Of a stretch of DNA of 20,000 nt, positions 9,517 through 15,097 are shown piece by piece (the first letter of the stretch is position 1; each line of letters starts with the position of its first letter). A program made the position numbers and the translations under genes. The notes under the pieces were generated by a model, which was not told the origin of the DNA, searched no databases, and saw nothing but the letters and a program-made list of their open reading frames with translations. This DNA comes from an uncultured virus (IMG/VR IMGVR_UViG_2888331157_000001) (Duplodnaviria; Heunggongvirae; Uroviricota; Caudoviricetes). The stretch lies in IMG/VR virus record IMGVR_UViG_2888331157_000001; one strand, 5' to 3'.

Positions 9517-10374
9517 ATGACGACACTTCTTAACCCGAACCTCATCGGTCAAATCACGGCCATAGGCAAATCGCTGCTCACGGCGGCCAACTCAAGCGCC
9601 GCCAGAGATGTTCTGGAACTCGCCTACGGTACGGCTCCCTATCCGCCGGGGCACCTTAACGGTCTCGAACTGTCCAACAACACAGCCGATGCGGTGAACG
9701 ACATCGACGTGGCGGCTGGTGTCTGTTCGGACAGCACAGGGATCGCCAACATTGTGCTTGGCGCCATGACGAAGAGGATGGATGCCAACTGGTCCGGTGG
9801 AAGTGGCAACGGCGCTCTGGATACGGGAGCGCTTGTCGATGGCTGGTATCATGTCTTCGCCATCCTGAAGCCGACGCCAGCTACATCCGATCTGCTGGTT
9901 TCCCAATCGGTAAATGCGCCAACGCTCCCCACCGGCTACACCATGTTTCGCCGGATTGGCTCGGTGCTGCGCGATGCCGGTTCCCTGGTCAAGTTTCGGC
10001 AGTGGGGAGACATCTTCAAGTGGGACGTGCCGCGCCGCAGTTTCACGAACACTGCCGCGGTGGCGCTGGGGCCTTTGGCGCTCGACGTGCCGCCCGGTGT
10101 TCGCGTCAGCCCGATCCTGTCGTCAAACATACTGCTGTCGGCCGTAGGCAATGCGGTCCAGCTGATGGGCGACGGCGAGGGCACGACAGCGGCCATGGCC
10201 ATCTGCCGGGCCAATATCGCGTCAAGCAACACCTTCACCAACCTCACCGGACCTGGTGCGTTCCTAACCAACACGGTCCGGCAAGTTCAGTTTCAGCAAC
10301 TGCTGACGACGGGAACGCTTGGTTCCTCCACCGTCGATGTGATGGGTTGGCGCGATCTGCGCGGCAGAGGGTAG
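9517..10374 (+). CDS. Second tail fibre / receptor-binding-type structural protein (285 aa)
   Basis: ATG at 9517 follows RBS AAGGA; the track's 9139 start overlaps the previous gene. N-terminal 'TAIGKSLLTAANSSAARDVLEL' is a common fibre attachment motif. 'GLELSNN..DAVNDIDVAAG', 'WYHVFAI' and 'LPTGYTMFRRIGSV' are typical of phage fibre proteins. Confidence 0.75.
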   Translation: MTTLLNPNLIGQITAIGKSLLTAANSSAARDVLELAYGTAPYPPGHLNGLELSNNTADAVNDIDVAAGVCSDSTGIANIVLGAMTKRMDANWSGGSGNGALDTGALVDGWYHVFAILKPTPATSDLLVSQSVNAPTLPTGYTMFRRIGSVLRDAGSLVKFRQWGDIFKWDVPRRSFTNTAAVALGPLALDVPPGVRVSPILSSNILLSAVGNAVQLMGDGEGTTAAMAICRANIASSNTFTNLTGPGAFLTNTVRQVQFQQLLTTGTLGSSTVDVMGWRDLRGRG

Positions 10375-10388
10375 GCAACGTTTATTCG

Positions 10389-10910
10389 TCATTCAACTAC
10401 TTCTATGGAAAACCACGTTCCATTATTTCCGTAAATCTTAGTTGGCGAACCCGTTAATTTTGGGCGTATATGCCACGCCTGTAATTGAAACGTGTCTCCA
10501 GTTTTTACGGGAATGACTGCTGTCGATACGTTTTGATCGGGAGTAGTACCAAAAGTTGCTCGTCCGTTCTGGGCAGCATAGCCGTCGAAAAGCGCATTGT
10601 TTTTAGTAATGAGTGTCTGCCGTGAGCCCTTAGCGTCGTGGTCCCATACTATTTGTCCCGAGAGACGAACAAATTGTACGCCATCAGGAATTACGAATTG
10701 ATGGTTTTCTGCGTCCCACAAGCCGCTCGTGTCGTATTCGACCTCAGGGAATTCAACCTTCACCCACTGTGTGACTGAATAGCTATTCGGAACGATCTGT
10801 TCGGCATCGGCGGTCTTGTGAACCATCGCGCCGCGAAAATCCCCTGCCGCCACGGCCGACGAAAAGAATGTGAAAGCAGCGGCAACGCTGGATGCGATGA
10901 TTTTTTTCAT
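10389..10910 (-). CDS. Moron: secreted C1q/TNF-like beta-sandwich protein with a Sec signal peptide
   Basis: Probable start MKKIIASSVAAAFTFFSSAVAA (ATG at 10910 behind GGGGA; alternative start 10922) has a basic n-region, an h-region and an AxA-type site. The mature part has C1q-like 'VEFPEVEYDTSGLWD..NHQFVIP.G', 'VKTGDTFQL' and 'TWFSIEVVE'. Visibly AT-richer than the flanking phage genes and on the opposite strand. Confidence 0.8.
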   Translation of the reverse strand: MKKIIASSVAAAFTFFSSAVAAGDFRGAMVHKTADAEQIVPNSYSVTQWVKVEFPEVEYDTSGLWDAENHQFVIPDGVQFVRLSGQIVWDHDAKGSRQTLITKNNALFDGYAAQNGRATFGTTPDQNVSTAVIPVKTGDTFQLQAWHIRPKLTGSPTKIYGNNGTWFSIEVVE

Positions 10911-11047
10911 TCCCCAGTCCATTGTTTTTTTGCAGTAGCGGCAAAGTAAACAGGAACATCGCCGATGGGCAAATCCGGGGCTGAACTTTTCGTTGGATCC
11001 AATTTACCGTTACGCCCTGCGCTGGAGCGGGTAATAGTTAAGTCTCT

Positions 11048-11308
11048 TCAGCGAACCCCGTGCCACGTTTCGTCATCAACCGATTCCACTTCGGTAAAGG
11101 GCCGGTAGGTCCAAGAGCCGTCTTGAAACCGCCTCATGCAGTTGCCTTCGATCAGATTGCCGGCCTCATCGCGGATTTTTCGTCCGAACGGCATATAGGG
11201 CGACCACTCGAAAGGGTCGGTCCGCCACCACATCCACCAGCGCTTCGGATGCGCTAGCTGCCAACGGTCCAGCCGCTGGCAGAGAAGTTCGTATAGGTTT
11301 TCGGGCAT
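11048..11308 (-). CDS. Moron: small Trp-rich hypothetical protein (86 aa, MPENLYELL...)
   Basis: Strong SD GGGGAG 5 nt before the ATG at 11308 on the minus strand. The ORF fills the gap and is co-oriented with the C1q-like moron. Confidence 0.6.
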   Translation of the reverse strand: MPENLYELLCQRLDRWQLAHPKRWWMWWRTDPFEWSPYMPFGRKIRDEAGNLIEGNCMRRFQDGSWTYRPFTEVESVDDETWHGVR

Positions 11309-11313
11309 GCACG

Positions 11314-11500
11314 CTCCCCAATCTGATCGGGGAGTTGGAAAGCCATCATGTGTGAAAGCCGCATGCGTCTTTAGGCGCAAGCCCTGGACATACGCGCATG
11401 CCTCCCCGACCGAAGATCGAGAAAGAAACGCCCTCCGACCTGAATCGGAGAGCGCTCTTTTTGGGTTTTATCCCAACACATGATGGGGTTTCCACGCCCC
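11314..11500 (-). promoter_or_regulatory. Candidate structured RNA leader/ncRNA between the morons and the endolysin
   Basis: Nested inverted repeats: 11336-11353/11476-11494, 11361-11367/11395-11401, 11429-11438/11445-11454 and 11461-11465/11472-11476. An SD-sequestering hairpin spans 11314-11334. Confidence 0.45.
11420..11462. terminator. Possible bidirectional intrinsic terminator (better formed on the minus strand)
   Basis: 10-bp stem CGCCCTCCGA/TCGGAGAGCG with one C-A mismatch on + that is a G-U pair on -. A-rich tract on the left (AGAAAGAAA) and CTCTTTTT on the right. Confidence 0.5.
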
Positions 11501-11573
11501 AGCCCCCTCAAAACGTGAGCCGACAGCAGAAATAAGCCGAAAATCGGCTTCCTGCAATCTGAAAGGAAAGAAC

Positions 11574-12275
11574 ATGACCAGCAACGTGCCCACCGGCGCG
11601 GCGACTACTGTTGCGCGGACCAAGTGGCGTCTCGCACGCAGCTTGGCGGTGCTGCGTGACCAGATCAATGCGCTCTCTCCGAACCGGTCGAAGGTCGCCG
11701 ATGGTACAGTCGGCGACACCGCCCACTCGGCGCGCCGGTCAGACCATAATCCGAACGCCCTCGGAGTGGTGCAGGCCATCGATCTGACCGATGATCCATC
11801 GCACGGCGTTGACAATCGCAGGCTCGCGCAAGCTCTGCTCGACAGCCGCGATAGCCGCATCAAGTACGTGATCGCCGACAGCGAGATCGCATCGGGCGCT
11901 GCCGGCCCTTCGCCGTGGATCTGGCGGAAATACGTCGGCACCAACGCGCACCGGCATCATGTTCATATCTCGGTCGCCGACGATCCGAGGCTTTATGACG
12001 ATGCGTCTGCATGGAACCTCCCGGGTTTCGATGTAGCGCCGGCGCAGGCCGCGAAGCCGGTGACGAAGCCAGTCTATCCGGTGCTCGCCAAGGGCACCAA
12101 GGGAACCGACGTCGAGCGCCTCCAGAAGCTGCTCAACGACAAGGGTGCGAAGCTCATTGTCGATGCAGATTTCGGCGATCGCACCGAGAGGGCCGTGCGC
12201 GCCTTCCAGAAGGCCGCACGTCTGACCGTCGATGGTCGCGTTGGCCCTCAGACCTGGGAAGCACTGCTTTCCTGA
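11574..12275 (+). CDS. Endolysin: N-terminal Zn-peptidase-like (M15/LAS-type) catalytic domain plus C-terminal peptidoglycan-binding domain (PG_binding_1)
   Basis: RBS AAGGAAAG. Metal-binding pattern 'SDHNP...AID' and 'HRHHVHIS'. C-terminal 'LAKGTKGTDVERLQKLL...DADFGDRTERAVRAFQ...LTVDGRVGPQTW'. First gene after the tail cluster. Confidence 0.88.
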   Translation: MTSNVPTGAATTVARTKWRLARSLAVLRDQINALSPNRSKVADGTVGDTAHSARRSDHNPNALGVVQAIDLTDDPSHGVDNRRLAQALLDSRDSRIKYVIADSEIASGAAGPSPWIWRKYVGTNAHRHHVHISVADDPRLYDDASAWNLPGFDVAPAQAAKPVTKPVYPVLAKGTKGTDVERLQKLLNDKGAKLIVDADFGDRTERAVRAFQKAARLTVDGRVGPQTWEALLS

Positions 12276-12326
12276 AGCAATCCCGCGCCGGCCGGGCCCG
12301 TCGGCATTTTCAAGAAGGAAGTGAAG

Positions 12327-12602
12327 ATGTCTTGGTCGTACAACAAGCTGGGTAGAGCCGGCAAGCTGGCCGAAGTCGTCAAGCAGCAGGTTGCTGGCGT
12401 CGGAGGCTGTCCGAAAGGTTCGGCGGAGGAATCCGCCAAGAACCAGGTGGGCGAAATGCTCGAAACGCTGGTGATGAGCCTGCCGGCGGAAAAGATCGTG
12501 AAGATCGAAGCCAGTGGGTCCGCGTGGAATCAGAGCGATGGTTCGGCACTTAGTCAGAACCTGAAGATCGAACTCACCACCATCGGCGATCTCGTCGAGT
12601 AG
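12327..12602 (+). CDS. Hypothetical soluble protein in the lysis cassette (91 aa)
   Basis: RBS AAGGAAG before the ATG at 12327 (alternative GTG at 12321). Codon usage matches the phage. No TM segment and no recognised motif. Confidence 0.7.
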   Translation: MSWSYNKLGRAGKLAEVVKQQVAGVGGCPKGSAEESAKNQVGEMLETLVMSLPAEKIVKIEASGSAWNQSDGSALSQNLKIELTTIGDLVE

Positions 12603-12711
12603 CGCCAACCCGAGCCCGGCCGGGTGAGCCGGGCACTCTCTGACGCTTCAGTTTTTCGGCGAACAGTCCCGAGACACTTCAGTCGTCTCACCACCTCAAA
12701 AGGAAAACACC

Positions 12712-13221
12712 ATGTTCTCGCTCCTTTCAGCGAGCGCACTGCTTTGCGTTGCGCTCTTCGCCTTCCGTCGTTTCCTGATCATCCCGTGGTTTGTCTGCAC
12801 CGTCGTCGACTACGTCACCTGGCCTCTCGGCTGGCATCGAGGCAAGTTCGGCGCCGACGCCATCCACTTCGTCCGTCGCGATGCCAATGCCAAGCGCCTT
12901 ACAAGGCTGAAGCCTCACCGTGGTGGCTCGCTGTTCGCGCTCGCTGCCGTCATGCTGGTCGTTGCCGGCTGCCAGACCAGCCAGCTCGATGGCAGCCTCC
13001 AGAAGAACCTGCCAGCGATCTGTACAGCCTCCGAGCAGGCGCACCGCTTGTATCTGCTCGCCGTCGCCGCCGACCGTGTGTCGGAGAGGACGCAACGGCG
13101 CGTCGACACCGCCTGGGTGTCGCTGCAGCCTGTCTGCGCTGACCCTTCCAAACAGACCGCCGTCGACATCATCACCGCCGCGTTCGCCGCCTACCTGACA
13201 ATCTCGGCGGCCACCCACTGA
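12712..13221 (+). CDS. Lysis-cassette membrane protein/lipoprotein, spanin candidate, with an internal lipobox
   Basis: Strong RBS AAAGGAAA. Hydrophobic N-terminus, basic stretch, then 'LFALAAVMLVVAGC' (Cys87, nt 12970-12972). Two more Cys follow, and the C-terminus is a hydrophobic helix. Confidence 0.65.
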   Translation: MFSLLSASALLCVALFAFRRFLIIPWFVCTVVDYVTWPLGWHRGKFGADAIHFVRRDANAKRLTRLKPHRGGSLFALAAVMLVVAGCQTSQLDGSLQKNLPAICTASEQAHRLYLLAVAADRVSERTQRRVDTAWVSLQPVCADPSKQTAVDIITAAFAAYLTISAATH

Positions 13222-13248
13222 TCAACCTCGAACAAAAGGAACACGACG

Positions 13249-13590
13249 ATGTTGAAGTCGATCGCATCCATCTTCACGACATCGGCGCCGGTCGGCGTCG
13301 CCTTACGTTATCTGGGCACCATCCTCGGGACGGTGCTGACCGTCGCCGGTGTTCTCGGCTTGCTCGACCAGGCGCAGATCGACGCGCTGCGCAATGAGAT
13401 TCCTGGCTTCGTCTCGGCACTCTCTGCCCTGGCAACCGCTGCCGTCGCGATCTACGCGATTTTCACCAAGTCGAGCTCGGACAAGGCGGCCGAGGTCGCC
13501 AAGCAGGTCGATGCCAAGGTTCCCGCCGACGCCCTAGTCATCGTCAAGACGCCGGCAGGACAGCAGGACATAGTCGTCCACCCAAAATAG
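13249..13590 (+). CDS. Putative holin (two predicted TM helices, charged C-terminal tail)
   Basis: RBS AAAGGA; 113 aa. Hydrophobic segments 'YLGTILGTVLTVAGVLGLL' and 'FVSALSALATAAVAIYAIFT'. Located in the lysis cassette. Confidence 0.6.
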   Translation: MLKSIASIFTTSAPVGVALRYLGTILGTVLTVAGVLGLLDQAQIDALRNEIPGFVSALSALATAAVAIYAIFTKSSSDKAAEVAKQVDAKVPADALVIVKTPAGQQDIVVHPK

Positions 13591-13638
13591 CACCGCGCTT
13601 CATCGCCCGGCCGGATCGCCCCCGGCCGGGCCAACTCA

Positions 13639-14253
13639 ATGCATGGAATAGGGCACGGGCTGATGGATGACACGATGGTGAACCCAATGAACGAGGCTCC
13701 GCGGCCTACGTCTCCCGATCCGAATTGGGGTGCGTTCAGCGAGCGGATCACCAACCTCAACCGTCGTCAGACTGATTTCGAGGCCGAGACGCGCGCCAGC
13801 TTCCGCTCCGTGGAATCAGCCATGGACAAGATGGCGACCGAAATGCGTTCGGGATTGGCCAACCTTTCGACCAACCTCGCCGACAGGAACAGGCCGCAAT
13901 GGACAGCGATCAGCGTCGCGCTGAGTTTCGCGGTGATAATCGGCGGAATGGCCTATTGGCCCATCCGCGAGACCACCAGCGACCTCAAAGCAGCAATTCT
14001 CGAACAAGCAAAGCAGACGGCGCAGAATATCAAGGACCTCGATGTCAACACAGTTTCCCGCCAGGAGATGGACTGGCGATCATCACGATCCATTGAGGAT
14101 CGCGCCCGAATTGAAGGTGCGATAGCCGATATCAGGGCCAACCTCGTGCCGCGCACGGAGAATGAACGCGTCTGGCAGTTCTACGAACAGCGTCTTGCCG
14201 ATCAACAGCGTCAAATCGACAGAATTCGCGAGGGGCGAGGTTCGCCGCCATAG
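13639..14253 (+). CDS. Single-TM coiled-coil protein ending the lysis cassette (i-spanin/holin-accessory candidate); start uncertain (13639, 13663, 13675 or 13687)
   Basis: Central TM 'WTAISVALSFAVIIGGMAYWPI' flanked by heptad-rich helical segments. Last + strand gene before the terminator. Confidence 0.6.
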   Translation: MHGIGHGLMDDTMVNPMNEAPRPTSPDPNWGAFSERITNLNRRQTDFEAETRASFRSVESAMDKMATEMRSGLANLSTNLADRNRPQWTAISVALSFAVIIGGMAYWPIRETTSDLKAAILEQAKQTAQNIKDLDVNTVSRQEMDWRSSRSIEDRARIEGAIADIRANLVPRTENERVWQFYEQRLADQQRQIDRIREGRGSPP

Positions 14254-14276
14254 TCCCGAATAGGCTGATCATTTTT

Positions 14277-14307
14277 GCCCGCCCCGGTTCGCCGGGGCGG
14301 GCTTTTT
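14277..14307 (+). terminator. Intrinsic terminator of the late/lysis transcript
   Basis: Perfect 11-bp GC stem GCCCGCCCCGG/CCGGGGCGGGC with a TTCG loop, followed by TTTTT. Confidence 0.9.
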
Positions 14308-14679
14308 CTATTTCTGCCTAGGGCCATCCAGCCGACAACCATAGGCCGCAACCACAATGTTTGCCTTGCCCCTGCATTCGTAGCAGGGATCGTCGCAGCG
14401 GCCGCCTTCCCCGCGCCGGCAGATCATCAGAGCGACCTCGTCCCGCGTTGGCTTCTCGTGGCACTTGCTGAGTTGGTGCGCCACGATATGCGCCGTTGGC
14501 GGCGAGAGGATCACCCGCTTGCTCATGGCGGCCCGCTCGGAGATCCAGCACGCGAGCTCGAATAGATCGCGCCAGCGGCGGTTCTCTGCCGGCGCCGGCG
14601 TCTCCCTTACGAGCGATGCGGCTACGCGCGCAACTTCGTCCGGTCTTAGTCCAGGCTCTCTTCTCGGGTTGTGACTCAT
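14308..14679 (-). CDS. Hypothetical 123-aa protein with a C-terminal Cys cluster (possible Zn/Fe-S site), probably SOS-regulated
   Basis: SD GGAGG before the ATG at 14679 (MSHNPRREPG...). Motif C-x7-C-x3-C-x2-C ('CRRGEGGRCDDPCYEC'). The track's 15066 start would cross the att site. Confidence 0.7.
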   Translation of the reverse strand: MSHNPRREPGLRPDEVARVAASLVRETPAPAENRRWRDLFELACWISERAAMSKRVILSPPTAHIVAHQLSKCHEKPTRDEVALMICRRGEGGRCDDPCYECRGKANIVVAAYGCRLDGPRQK

Positions 14680-14719
14680 CGTAGCCTCCAAGGGCGCTGA
14701 ATCTACATCTGCCGAATGA

Positions 14720-14734
14720 GAACAAAAGAGGAAA
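14720..14734. promoter_or_regulatory. Probable alphaproteobacterial LexA (SOS) box
   Basis: GAAC-AAAAGAG-GAAA, one mismatch from the GAAC-N7-GAAC consensus, with an A-rich spacer. Lies about 40 nt upstream of the 14679 start. Confidence 0.55.
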
Positions 14735-14857
14735 CGGCGTACGAGATTTGTACGGAAAGACCCTGCAAATTCCCGATCTGTTCCTGCATGCAACTGCGAG
14801 CGATCGCTTGCGAAACAAAAGGAGACCGGCTGGAAGCCTTGGAAATGCTGGGATTGA

Positions 14858-14902
14858 TGGCGCACCCGACAGGATTCGAACCTGTGACCTCTGCCTTCGG
14901 AG
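14858..14902 (-). mobile_element. att core: 3' half of tRNA-Arg(CCG), a fragment rather than an intact gene
   Basis: Minus strand reads CTCCGAAGGCAGAGGTCACAGGTTCGAATCCTGTCGGGTGCGCCA: anticodon loop with CCG, T-arm GGTTCGAATCC, acceptor strand and CCA. No D-arm or 5' acceptor strand beyond 14902. Adjacent to an integrase. Confidence 0.92.
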
Positions 14903-15032
14903 CCCGAAAAGACGATATACGCCACAGTTTCTATTCGTACGCTAGACCACGCTAACCCACTGTAGGCATTTATCTTTTCTGGCGATCCAATCCGAAGCCA
15001 GTATCCTGTGATGACCCCGAATTTCCGCCTGC

Positions 15033-15075
15033 GTGCTTCCGCGGTGCTTCCGCGGAAGCGGTCCAACGGAAGCGG
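15033..15075. repeat. Putative integrase arm-type sites
   Basis: GTGCTTCCGCG tandem direct repeat (15033-15043, 15044-15054) plus inverted-sense CGGAAGCGG copies (15053-15061, 15067-15075), between the att core and the int start. Confidence 0.6.
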
Positions 15076-15097
15076 CGCAGCCGCCGGAGTATGTCAC

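Larger units (their letters stand above)
1..14857 (+). mobile_element. Prophage (lambdoid siphovirus), tail-lysis end
   Basis: Gene order TMP-Dit-hub-NlpC-J-fibres-lysis with coupled start/stop overlaps, ending at a tRNA-derived att core. Confidence 0.93.

Noticed and set aside
9517..10922. Invertible tail-fibre cassette (shufflon) or DGR target
   Set aside because: No invertase or reverse transcriptase in the window, and no flanking inverted crossover sites or TR/VR pair seen. The reversed gene has its own signal peptide.
11336..11494. MITE/IS remnant with terminal inverted repeats
   Set aside because: No target-site duplication seen; bulged, nested stems look more like RNA structure. Not fully excluded.
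11739..13218. Minus-strand ORFs of 289 aa and 163 aa over the lysis genes
   Set aside because: Shadows of well-supported + strand genes that have strong RBSs.
13229..13241. GAAC-AAAAG-GAAC as a LexA box
   Set aside because: Spacer is 5 nt rather than 7, and the sequence is explained by the holin RBS.
14858..14935. Intact tRNA-Arg gene
   Set aside because: tRNA similarity stops at the anticodon loop (14902); no D-arm or 5' acceptor strand.
14308..15066. 252-aa ORF spanning the att site
   Set aside because: Only the last 123 codons have an SD and protein-like composition; the extension reads through the tRNA fragment.
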